From contig CM082588.2 of the NCBI GenBank assembly GCA_040954595.2, positions 8,478,844 to 8,542,843 of the forward strand: DNA of 64,000 nt. Direction: 5' to 3'. Every line of letters begins with the position of its first letter. The stretch's first letter is position 1. This document shows positions 1 through 11,373 of the stretch, one piece after another. The stretch comes from Balanoglossus misakiensis (taxonomy: Eukaryota; Animalia; Hemichordata). A program made the translations under genes and the position numbers. Below the pieces are notes generated by a model. It was given only the letters and a program-made list of their open reading frames with translations. It was not told the DNA's origin and made no database searches.

Positions 1-236
1 TTTGATTCCAAGGACACCAAGAACTTCTGGCCGTTCCTCCAACAATGTAGACAGCTGTAGAGGGCGCTGTATTTTTACCAACAGTATGATTGGGGTCTGT
101 GTGTCTCCCACATCAACATCTATCTCAGCTTCCAAAGTGCCGGAACCACCAAGTAGTTTTGATAAACCGATTCTGTTTTGGCGTGTGGCATAGACATGTC
201 GAACAACCTCCAAGGCAACCATTGCACCATTGTCAT
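1..236 (-). CDS. G1 exon: second domain X (partial)
   Basis: Acceptor cctgcag|ATGACAATGG; reads [33 protein letters not shown]..., homologous to 1482-1796. Confidence 0.8.
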
Positions 237-3200
237 CTGCAGGTACAAAGATTGATAATAGGCAAAATAAATTGTATGTATTCTCATTAAAATGAGCACA
301 TGTTTTACTCTATATTACGGGAGTATACTTTTTATGGAAACATTTCAAACAAATGAATTATCAGCTATAAGCATAAGAAACCTTTGAGTGATTTTGGTGT
401 TTCGGTTTATTGAAGCGACATTCCCTTGGGAAAATCAGTTCAAAGTGACGCAAACTAATAATTTAGTTTTAAAATAAAAATGCCGGAACATGTAAGTGTA
501 ATGATTTTGCAAGGAATGTCAATTGCAGGAAAGATAAAACAAAGTGAAACGGAAGGTTTTCAGACCGAACTCTGAAATTCGCTTTTGTTCCTGGACACAA
601 GATTGTAATAGAAAATAAATACGGCCTATAATCGAACTTGTTGGGAGCATATTTTTTTATTATTTGGAGGAGATGATATAACAGATGGATGGATATGTTG
701 CAGATAACTGCATTACCTTCGATATTTTTGTCCACAGGTGGCGTAGTTGCAGTTTTTTTCCCCTTGAGTTCGTCCATAGCCTGAAGTAACTGCCGATTTT
801 TGCCCTTTAGTTTGATGTTTTCATCCATGGTCGTTTGATTTTCCTCTTTCAGTTTGATATTTATCATAGTTAGTTTAGAACTTTGGTTTTCACTGCTCTT
901 CAGCATTTCCTTCAGACGCTGACTTGTCTGCCCACTTTCTTCACTTTCCCTCTTAAGGATAGTATATTCCGTCTTCCTGGATTGTAGTATGTCCCGAATC
1001 TCGTTGTTTTCGTTAAAGAGCGAAGTGATGACAGAGAGATAGTTGTCTGTCGAGATTGGTTCCAAGACACGAGCAGCTCCTTCTTTTGAAAAAGATTCCG
1101 CCAGAATCTTGTCCGATTCTTTGGTGCCAGTGTTCAAGATGTTGACTCCATCTTGATTGACAAGTCTCTTCAGTTCTGATGAAAATGTGATTTAACATAG
1201 TTAGCAAAATGTTATAATTAATATGATGTAACCCCATTTGCAATTGGGTCGGAGGCCGTGGAATGCAAATAAATGGGCACTATCTATTTTACTTTACGCT
1301 CGATGTGCAAATCAATGGCAGAATAGTACAGACCTATCTTTAAAATCATACTTCAACATGCAGCCAACTAAATTAAAACATTCCCTTCAGAACAAATTTC
1401 AGCAGCAAGCTATATATGTTGATTAGTTGAATAGAGTATTGTTTGACCAACTTCCCTGCCTAAATGTTTGTGAACACTAACCTTCTCTATCATATCTGAA
1501 TGTCTCTCCCTCTGGTAAGGTGATTGAAGACAACTGTTGGGTATCCAAAATCAAACACCGTCTGATTCCAAGAACACCAAGAAATTCTGGCCGTTCATCC
1601 AACAAAGTAGACAACTGTAGAGGGCGCTGTATTTTTACCAACAGTACGGTTGGTGTCTGTGTGTCTCCCACATCAACATCTATCTCAGCTTCCAAAGTGC
1701 CGGAACCACCAAGTAGTTTTGATAAACCGATTCTGTTTTGGCGTGTGGCATAGACAGACCTGTCAGTCTCCACGGCAACAACTGCGCTCTTGTCATCTAC
1801 ATTCACAAACAACCCAGAGAAAGGCTCAATAAATGATATGTATTCTCATAAAAGAAAACTTTTCAACAGTATTTTTTCTTTTAGTTGAATTCTGAAGTGC
1901 CTATGAAAAAAATCTTCAAACTCATAGCCTGTTAGCTAGAAATAAAAGCAGTCATAAAAATATAGCTGCAAGCAGCGATGACGGGCCCAAGCTTAAGCCG
2001 AAGGTCAAAGGTCATAAGTGGTCACCCAAAATTTGGGCAAGAAATTTTGACCCCATACTGGTCCGTGTCCCACAAGAACAAAATCTCTAGCCCTATTGGT
2101 TCGCCTACAATTATGTATGTGCATAATTAATGAGGTAAAGTGTAAGGCTCCATCAGGAGTTCCATCCCTCCAAATGCCGAGGCTGTAGCTGCTGTGCATG
2201 CCGAGATATGGTAAAGTAGGTCAAAGGTCACCTGAGGTCACCCAAAATTTGGGCAAGAAATTTTGACCCCATACTGGTTCATGTTCAGCAAAAATCAAAC
2301 CTCTAGTCCTATTGGTTGGCCTGGAATTAGGTATGCACATAATTAATGAGATAAGCAGGTGTCACAGGTGACCCTCAATTTTGGCTTTTAAATTTTAGTC
2401 CCAACCCTCCAAACGCCAAGTCTGTACCTGCTCTGGATGCCGAGATATAGGAAAGTAGGTCAAAGGTCACCTGAGGTCACCCAAAATTTGGGCAATTTTT
2501 TTTTACCCTATACTGGTCCATGTCCCACAAGCACAAAACCTCTAGCCCTATTAGTTAGCCCAGAATTAGGTATGCACATAATTAATGAGTTAAGCAGGTG
2601 TTACAGGTGAGCCCAAAATTTTGCCTTTTATTTTGGTCCCATTTTGCTCACGGGCCAATAGAGAGTCACAGTACAGGACCATTGCACAGATGTGGACATA
2701 GCATCATAGCTTAACTATAGAAAGTATAGGCCTATGGCTGGGTCCAAAAAATATGAAATATAATATTTAAAAATCTTCTTCTCAAAATTGACTTGGCCCA
2801 GAGCCTTGAAATTTAGCATGTAGGACACTGACCATATGGTCCGCAAAATGATTGCACAGAATTTTGATATCGTCATTCATATGCAAATTAGGCCCATTTG
2901 AAAATTTTGCCCATATATGGTCATCAGGTCACGTGACTAATTAAACATTCACAAGAGTACAACTCATGCTCTCATTGGCCTGCACCATTGTGCCAAGTTT
3001 GAGATTTGTAGGTTCAGCCGTTTTCAAGATGTACTTGACGAAAAAAACTACACAAGAAAAAGAAGTAGAAGAAAAACCCCAGTAAAACCAATAGGGCCCA
3101 AGCCTGCTGGGCTTGGGCCCTAAAAACTCAACTTGAAATATAATTCTTGCCAAATGCTTCCATCCATAAATAGTAATTACCTTGTTTAGTCAACATCTCT

Positions 3201-6163
3201 CCAAGTTCTGTACACTTTTCTCCACACAAACCACAGACCTCAGAAGATTTCACTTCCGGTACATAGCCTATAATAATTAAAGTTACGAAATCGTCATGAC
3301 ATATATCGTTGAACGCATTTGCAATTTTGACAATGATCCATAAGAACGTGAGTGTACAGATAGAAAGTTTGACAAAGACACATCACAGACACGAGTCTGG
3401 AAATGGAAATAACCAAAGGTTTCAGGTAAAATCCTTCAATTCAAACGAATACACAATGTTCGGCAACAATAACTACATTGTTAAACTATTAGACTTGCCT
3501 TCTTTGATGTACTTCAATTCAGCCAGACATTTTTGATATCTCCATGTCTCTATGGTTGTCTTCAGGTTAACGTCAGACACATTCAGTTTGTGGAGCAATT
3601 CGGGTGTGATCATGTCTGCCTTAAACAGATCTCCCAGTATCCCTTGCCTGTAGTCACGCCATAGTCTCTCCACTGACTTTGATGTCTGGCATACCAATAC
3701 AACATGCAGACTGCCCCGCTTGATTTCTTCAATTTGTATGTTTCCAACACTGTTGAGATGCTCTTTGACTTTTGGTAAATCGTTTTCAGAGCTGCTGTTG
3801 TTGATTATCTCATTTTCGATGAGTTCAACTTGGTCTGGAGTCAAGGTTGGACCGGACACCTCCAGGCTAACTTCGATTTTCCCTAAAATAACATCACTAT
3901 ATTAGATTCAGTGTTTGGGTCTCTTTTCCAAAGTTACTGTTTCATATTTACTTTTTCGAAATGCAAGTACACAATATGCAAAATACCGATTTTCGATTAG
4001 ACCAAACAGAGCTACTGACCGCCAATAAGCGATGTTTTTAAATCGTGACAAGTTGCATCTATTCCTTATCATATTGTGATTCTTGAATGATTTTAACTTT
4101 AATAACCACTATCTGAATTCATCTTCTGAAACAAGAATCTCCATCCTCATGATAGTCCGGTATGCGAAGGTCTTCAGTTATAGAGGAGAACCATTTGATT
4201 TCTGGAAAGGGGGTGGACTGTGTCAGCAGGTTTTTTCCAGTCACTGTAGGCCTACAGCAGTTTTTTCGATTGTCTGTTTCCCCTTTACTTAGGCCTAAAG
4301 TCACTGCAGAAGCAATCACATTTTCTCGTCATCATCATGCCAACAATTCTTCCTCCAAAAAAAACCATCCACCCCTAGAAATCAAATGGTTCTTCCCTGA
4401 TTTCATTAGTTGAAATGGCCGTCAATTATGCAATAGGATATAGCCTACCCAGCTTAGATTTGAGAGTGTCTTCATGCGTTTGTCCAGCACCAGGATTTTG
4501 TTGGCCACCTTCACCAGTTTTATTCAAATCACCACTTTCTGGTCTATTGTTACTTGGGAGATCTTCAACCTGATTTTCTTTTTCGCTTCTACCGGAATTG
4601 GAGACTCTTTGTCCTTGGTCACGAAATGTTTCCTCTTCCCCTAGGGACGGGTGTGAAAAACTCAATTTACTATCACATTCACACTAATTGCACAAATGTT
4701 TCACATTTAAATTGATTCTGGTAAAACATTCAATTGCTTTTGTGTATTAAAATGCATTTTATGCACCGGTAAATCACTGAGAGGCAAACATGTGGCTGTA
4801 TAATATGTTAATATATTGTCATATTGTCATAACTGTGTGTTGTCCAAAGCAACGTATACAGTGCGTGCAACATTCTCTTTATCTATCGCTATTTACCTTT
4901 GGAAGGCTCCTCTGCAGGGTCATCGCATTCTGTAGGACAAAATACACATTCCAACAACTTGGTGTGATGGTCAGCAATAACACCATTCTCAGCGGATATT
5001 TGAAGTGCCGTCTTCAGTTCTTGTGCCGCATTCTTTGCACGGCCATATTCACTTAGGATATCCATGATAGCACATACCCACTTTTCTTTTCCGCTGTCAA
5101 GACTTTCGCTCGGTCCTACGTCACAAGTTTGTACACCAATGGAGGGGAAGTGTTCCTTTAGGAATGTTGCCAGACCTGATTGCTCTGGATGTAGTGTAGG
5201 CACACCAGCAGTGCAGGATAGAAGACCGAATACACCAAATGGGTCTCCTTTAGTTGTGCAATTTATCACGATGTCACACTGCTTCAAATCGTTCTCTAAC
5301 TGGCTTATCGATGCGTTGTTTGGATACATGTGGATATTCAATCGATCGGACATTGTCATCCTCTCAAGCCTCTGTTGACATTCCTCACACGGTTCAGAGG
5401 ATACATATCCTCTTAACTTCCACTTGATTTGCGTAGAGAAATACTTGTATATGTCAGCAACTTTCCCCATGCCACGCGCTACTGCTTCAAATTCTTCCAG
5501 GTCACGCAGCCCTGTTATGGTATGTACAGATAGGACATTGATGGTTTTACGTAAACCGGTTTTATTCACGGAAAGATTGCCGACGTCTTTCTTCATGCAG
5601 GGAATGTATGCAACGTGCTCCACTTGTGAGTTTAACAAAGGTTGAATCTTCACTTCAAACTCCTCATATACTGATGGTCCAACGGAGAGACTAACTGAGC
5701 ACTTTTTTGCATATTCCAGCATTTCATCATCTTTGGCAGCCAAGTCTGAAGGATCTAGGTTCATGTTTTCCGGTGTGTCAGAATAGACAGGAACAAAACT
5801 CGCAGTTGGAAAAACCTCTGCTTGAATACTCTTTGCTGTACCTGCAGTTCCATCCTTACAAGCAGTACCGTATATGGTCGTAATTGGGTGATATTTCATT
5901 AACTGTTGAAAATAGTGTTCGTGTAAAATTAACCAATCACTTGTCGGCTTCCCCTCTTTGATTGGGAGAATCAACTCCACTCTATGACGCCTTGCTTCTT
6001 CAACTTCTTTGTCAGAAGCCTGTAACGCCATGAAGTAAACCTGGTTGTTTTCAACAGCAAGATCGATGGCCAATTGTCTCTCAGTAAGACATGTTGCAAT
6101 ATTGCGATTTCTCGGCCACCATTCCTCTCCGACAACCAACAGACGGTTCACCATCTGTGCCAT
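1..6163 (-). CDS. G1: multi-exon GT4-like / TRADD-N-like / CxxC / domain X / coiled-coil / domain X protein; 3' end runs off the window
   Basis: Exons reconstructed by hand from splice sites and phase continuity: 6163-4897 (ATG, GT-like), 4640-4449 (linker), 3882-3499 (TRADD-N-like, GC donor), 3267-3181 (CxxC), 1796-1482 (X), 1175-717 (coiled coil), 236-<1 (second X). All junctions are phase 1 and in frame. Confidence 0.85.
717..1175 (-). CDS. G1 exon: coiled-coil region (153 codons)
   Basis: Acceptor ttttcatcag| and donor G|gtaatg; E/K/Q/L-rich heptad-like sequence within ORF 469..1137. Confidence 0.8.
1482..1796 (-). CDS. G1 exon: unrecognised 105-aa domain X
   Basis: 315-nt phase 1-1 exon; six highly similar copies in the window. 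Confidence 0.8.
1959..3123. mobile_element. Non-autonomous Helentron/DINE-like element in a G1 intron
   Basis: Absent from the paralogous introns (about 15095 and 34160). Subterminal gggcccaagc at 1983, terminal hairpin agggcccaagc-ctgctgg-gcttgggccct at 3093-3121, internal ~240-bp repeats, A/T-rich insertion site and no evident TSD. The family assignment is inference. Confidence 0.7.
3499..3882 (-). CDS. G1 exon: TRADD-N-like domain
   Basis: IEEIKRGSLHVVLVCQTSKSVERLWRDYRQGILGDLF...LKTTIETWRYQKCLAEL resembles the GS-hydrophobic strand / LxxLWxDYxxGxL / LKTTIxxxxYxxC pattern of invertebrate TRADD-N-like modules. Confidence 0.65.
4180..4400. mobile_element. MITE with ~20-bp TIRs (paralogous copy at about 35243-35452)
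   Basis: ggagaaccatttgatttct ... agaaatcaaatggttcttcc inverted termini. Confidence 0.6.
4897..6163 (-). CDS. G1 exon: GT-B fold, GT4/Glycos_transf_1-like domain
   Basis: N-terminal LLVVGEEW...ERQLAIDLA strand-helix; C-terminal [47 protein letters not shown] matches the GT4 D-x-x-V-x-P-S-x-x-E-G-F-G-x-x-x-x-E-A-x-x-x-G-x-P donor-binding segment in degenerate form. Confidence 0.75.
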
Positions 6164-6949
6164 TTCTAATTGAGAATAAAATATGTTCGTGTTTATACAA
6201 TATTTCCACGCCTCGTCGAAAGAGGAATGCTATGGAAGGTACAATCATTATTGCTGCAGACTCGTTGGCCTGCCACTTTGTGGATTGTCTGTCTCACAAA
6301 GCTCCGAGTGAGGGGTAATATTTCGGATTCGCCGAAACAGTGGATGTTGTAATGGACACACGTGTTGATACACGAAACATTTAAAACCCAGCTTTTCTTA
6401 AATAAGGTAAATGAATAGGAAAGGTCGCAGGTCACTATTTTGAGGTCTTGATATTTTATAATATGGCACTTTATAAGTCGCCTGTTCGTTTGTCTTAAAT
6501 TCTACTATTAACAATTTTGTCAACCCATTTTGTAAGAATATGTGTTGCATGTGTACTGCCGTTTAAGTCGTTGTTGCCAGCAAAATAAAACTGGCATTTT
6601 CCACGTGATATGAATATGAGATAAAATATTCCCTGCTGAAAGAGTGTTAAAGTGAACACTTCGCGTTTTCATCACGACTAATACTAAAAGAAAACTGCAT
6701 TGATACATCGCGGTATTGTACGTTGTAAACTAGTCACTGGTATTTTCATGAGTACATATGCAAATGACAATAACATGGAATACTTTCTACTTGTAAACAT
6801 TGAACGTCATGAATGCTAGAGCGGTGCATTATGACCAGTGAAACGCGGTGATTATATCATTACTTGGTTTGTTATATGCTTGATCCTACCAACTCTCTTC
6901 AGTATAGAATAACATATTTAGTTGTCGACCTTAAAACAACGAAAATTAC

Positions 6950-7145
6950 TCGTTATCGCCAGTTTTCTAGAATTGCAGATGCAATCTCTCGCTGGCGACA
7001 CTGAATAACTGACCCAAGATGACTTCATTTGCATACTAATGACTACTTAACTTGGCCAAAAAACAGACCGTCGGCGGGTTGCTTATGACTGTCGCGTCAA
7101 TCTACATAAAATCAAGACGAAACGATCGAAACTTTCAATTTTCGA
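6950..7145 (-). promoter_or_regulatory. Putative promoter and non-coding first exon of G1 with IRF-E/ISRE-like sites and an octamer
   Basis: Minus strand: CGAAAATTGAAAGT (7131-7144), with GAAAC-n4-GAAAC on the plus strand; ATGCAAAT (7027-7034); Inr-like TCAGTT near 7010; donor CGA|GTAATT at 6950. Conserved upstream of G2 (two copies) and G3. Confidence 0.45.
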
Positions 7146-10100
7146 GACAATAATAATAACAGACTTCCATGCCATCTGCATACTTTTTGTGTGGACGGTA
7201 CAGAAGTGACTCGCTGTGCCGGTCCATATATTTTCCCCATAGAAAACAGTAGCATTGAGGAGTGCAAGAAAAGTGCTGACTCAGCATTGTCCACAAGGTT
7301 TTAGACCATCTTATTTCAAAAATGTTGCATAGGAACTCCCAATTTCTCTCTATTTTTGTTTTAAAAATTCATTGATATAAAATATAATTTAAAAACAAGA
7401 ACATTACGATATTACAAAATAAGTAAAACCTTAAAAATGAAACATTTCTGTTCCTCAGATTTTGGTAGATTTTTAATATGTTATTAAGGAGATTCAATAT
7501 TACAGAAAACCGTTGATAAACCTTTTGTTGCATTTTTAGGGTAAGGTCCTTTTATTTCATAAGTGCAGCCAACTATTAGGCCGAACACAGTATATATCAA
7601 ATCCATACTCTGGTTCATTCTAGGTCACCACCCCCTAAGCGACAATGCGTCATCGACCTCCTGTGCAAACAACCAGAAAGAGGTCAGCGATATACACAAA
7701 GGGTTTCTCACTCAATTGTGGCATTCCAAAAGTGAAAGAATGTGAAGTGAAAAAGAAGTCCAACACTCGACTGTCAAATAGTAAAGAATGCGAACATTTA
7801 TGGTAGACTCAGGTCAAAGGTCATTAGTATTACACTGGTAGCATCGCTCGAAATTCTGTCGATAAATTCACAGTGTGTACAACAAATTGTTGGAAAATAT
7901 TTTGATTCAAAAGGTCAACTGAGTTCAGACCAACCTCCCACAAACAGAACAAAACTGTGCAGATCATGTTACTCATGAGGAAGCACAAAATTATATCACT
8001 TCTTTCAAGTCTTTAACGACCTTAAGATTCTAATTCCACATTTCAAACTCCAGAGTACGTGACCTAGTATACCATTACATGTTAACGTTTACCCAACCAT
8101 TTGAAATGTATTTCTCATTTCTTGAAGTCAGTCGATACACATGGCAGCTACATTTTCTGTACTGAAATCATATTGCACTCTCCCAACTTTAAGATTGTGA
8201 ACGGCCTGGCCTTAAAAGTTTAGTTTCTCTTTTGCAGACTCATGGTCCAGGTTAGCTGTTCCGCCGGGGGGAGGTGATATGTTAGTTTCCCCAATCCCCC
8301 TCCGGCGGAACAGCTGCGTTTCCACAGCTAGGTCCAGGTCAAAGAAAGTGTACACTACCTGTCGGTTTAATGCTTACCTGTTGATTTGCACAGAATCGTG
8401 ATTCGGTCTAATAGGACGCCCTCCCTTTGTGATTAAATGTGTCCAAGAGTGTCAGTCACATCAAGTGAACGCGAGAAATGTGATTCACGGGTGAACAGCT
8501 ACCGTGTTGTTGACTCGTACAGATTGCGGAAAAGAACAGTTACAGCCACAGCATACTTTTAGCGACGCCATTGGTGCCAAGCCCAGTTTGACCAAAACGA
8601 GGCTGGTTTCCAGGTCATTCGTGACAGGGCACGTGGAGGGGGGGGGGTGTCTATGTTTGAAGCCTTTTTTACAACAAGCGACTCGGACATGGAGAGGGGG
8701 GGGGTGAGCAAGGTAGAGCTGGTTGACGTCGACCCTGCGTTTGCCTGATCGTCTCCTTTTTGTGAATCTCCAAATAAGGAGAGATGATATAAAATCTATA
8801 TGCAACTCTGCATAAATTATGATCACTGTTTACGTCTTTTCGTGGGACATTTCATGTGCAGTAGGCCTATAGGGGCCTAGATCGATTCAATATATGGACT
8901 AATTGAATGAATTTAATACATAACGCTAACTGCGTGAAATAGTGGTCGTGACATTTTACTCTCAACCAACGATATTTATTTTACACAAAATCATAAACGA
9001 TGTTTCTTTTACTAAAACAGGCTGTATTGATAACACTAATACTAAGGATTTCATCATATGGCAAGGAACTTCAACAAGAAGCTGCTTTTGACATATGCAA
9101 GAAAAATAACAAAATTGGGCAAACGTTATAGACCACAGCTAAAACTTTGATCATAAAACCACCTTGCGCATGCTATTATGTGTTTACCTCAACATTGATT
9201 CTGTCGCCCAGTTTTGTTTACAAAATCTCAATCAATTTGACATCAGAGCAGAACGTTTTCTATTCTGTGCCATTAAATTTTACAAATATCATCCCATAAG
9301 CGCATAATCTTATGACTGTACAAGAAATGGCGTGATATGAAAATTACATTACATTGTATTTGTTTTCAAATTACATCACTGTATGAAAGAAAAGTCAACA
9401 ATTTCGCCATAGATCACCCAGAAAGTTTAGCACTATATAGAAGAAGTTCACATTTATTTTTTATTGTCCTAACTGGACATCTTGAGTAACATGAACGTTT
9501 CTATGCAAATAATTGCAATACAATAAACTTGACAAAAGAAATAAGACAACACACACTGCACCAAACCTCAAAATGAACCAATGACAATCAAGATATTTAC
9601 TCTGAAAACCAATCATATCAAACTGTCGTCAAAACAGGCAATCAACAAATTGGTACTGTGACACTATAGTTTACACCACAAGAAAACTGCTGATGGTAGC
9701 TATGATGTGTCACACAGAAAACTCAATACGTCACACATCACATTCTTTAGTTACCTGAAATGTTCAAATACTAGTAGTATGGTACAATGGGTATGACTGA
9801 TCAAATACTTTACACTTGCGTGTCATTATCTTTTCAAACTTGAAAATCCCAATTTACCGCCAGCCATCGAAATACACTCACTGAATTGTAAACCACCGAT
9901 CGTTCGTTGGTCTACAGCATGTGGATAGAAACATGTTCAATATGGCAAAGAACAGTAAGGGCTTACAAGAAGACTATGTGAATCTGCAGAGGGCGCTATT
10001 TTCTCCTGAACCCAAACTTAACAAGACTAGACACAGCTTTCCTTACAAATGAGTCATGACACATTTTGTCATCTCTTGGTTCTTACGTTTTTCTAAAAAT

Positions 10101-10953
10101 GAAAAATTTCTGTGACAAAATGAGTTTTTCAAAGTAAAGTATGTACAGTTTTTTACAATGTTCAAACAAATGCTTCATTCTAACAAATACAAAAAAAAAA
10201 AAACTTTACTGATACAAGAGAAAACTATCTGCATATTGGCGAAATAAATCCAAAAGTAACGAACAGTGCAAACACAAAAAACTAATTCAAATTCATCTCC
10301 TGTAGAGCACACACATGGTTATATGACACACAATTTATATATCCACACACACAATATTTACTGTGTTATAGGGAAAGCCAAATAACAAACTGTAAATAAT
10401 ATATATAACGCTTAGAAACATTGACAGCTAGAATTGCCGGTTTTCAAGACAACTCCAAAACGTTGCTAACAGTCAGAATGAACATTTCAGGAAACATTTC
10501 TAAAATAAGACTTTTCACTGCAGTGTATGTAATTGGTTGAAATGTGATGGAAGCAACCTCAAGATCGTTACAAATAATTCTTAAAACAAACGGTAACGAT
10601 TCATCCCTCCATTATTGATTCAAAATGATGTATGCTCACAAATTTGACAGACCAAGCCACTATCCCTAGCTATACTCAAAGCCACACATGAACGTGTACA
10701 TTATTGTGAACTTTCAACCTTTGAAGGGTGGGTTTCGGTTGATTGGAACCTACAAAATTCATGACACACATATTATTACTATGGACAAACAATATTAGAC
10801 AAAATTACTGACAACATTCATTTTGCAGGAGGCCTGTGGTTGGTTAACATGCTTGAGGCTCCCAGGAAATCGTTGTTTTGGGGGATCTCTAAATGAGTTA
10901 TTTCGATATATTTTCTAATTAGTAATTTTCTTTACTGCTGATTACAAGTTAAA

Positions 10954-11365
10954 TTATTTTTTTTTCTGTTCAGATAACCTTGCTTTGTCCTCCGGTGCAT
11001 ACTTACCCCAGCAATACTCCAGACCACAGGCTTCTGTTATGTTTAGGTATTTCAGTGCATTGGCAGAGTCGCCTTGTGCTTGGTAAACGTGGGCAAGATT
11101 ATAACATGCCCATAGTATGTGATATGGGTCACGGAGGGTGCTGATCAGATGAGTATATATTTCACCAATCTGATTAAAATCAGATGTAGGGAACGGCGAC
11201 TTGTTTTTTTTATGCTGTCGCCTGTGAGGCGACAGCATAAAAAAACCAAGTCGCCGTTCCCTACATCTGATTTTAATCAGATTGATATTTCACATGCATC
11301 ACTGTAATTATTCAATAATGCGAGGACATGAGCCTTGAAAAGAGACGTGGTGGGATACAATTCGT
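10954..11365 (-). pseudogene. Orphaned duplicate of the last TPRs of the IFIT-like exon, interrupted by a foldback MITE
   Basis: LYPTTSLFKAHVLALLNNYSDACEI | insertion | YTHLISTLRDPYHILWACYNLAHVY...ARLSEQKKK* lies just after the G2 stop and matches the G3/G5 C-terminus. Confidence 0.75.
11166..11284. mobile_element. 119-bp palindromic (foldback) MITE with 9-bp TSD
   Basis: About 58-bp arms (caatctgattaaaatcagatgtaggg... / ...ccctacatctgattttaatcagattg) around a 3-nt loop; direct repeat atatttcac at 11157-11165 and 11285-11293. Confidence 0.85.
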
Positions 11366-11373
11366 AATTTTCT

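Noticed and set aside
1520-1832. Recurrent plus-strand ORFs (MIEDNCW..., MVSVCLPH..., MIAHTHFS...)
   Set aside because: They are antisense shadows of the minus-strand exons and recur only because the exons are duplicated.
3247-3260. GGAAGTGAAA (Ets-IRF composite-like motif) followed by an ATG and a donor, suggesting an internal promoter
   Set aside because: It lies inside the 87-nt coding exon (codons P-E-V-K). G4 keeps the peptide but not the motif, and G3 lacks the ATG.
4889-6163. Bacterial glycosyltransferase operon or recent horizontal transfer
   Set aside because: The ORF is bounded by spliceosomal sites and is in frame with downstream exons; there is no operon structure.
8220-8236. 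AGTTTCTCTTTTG ISRE-like motif
   Set aside because: It is an imperfect single match in AT-rich sequence; conservation is explained by recent duplication.
10954-11238. 94-aa ORF as an independent small TPR gene
   Set aside because: Its start lies inside the palindromic MITE; it is a duplicated exon remnant.
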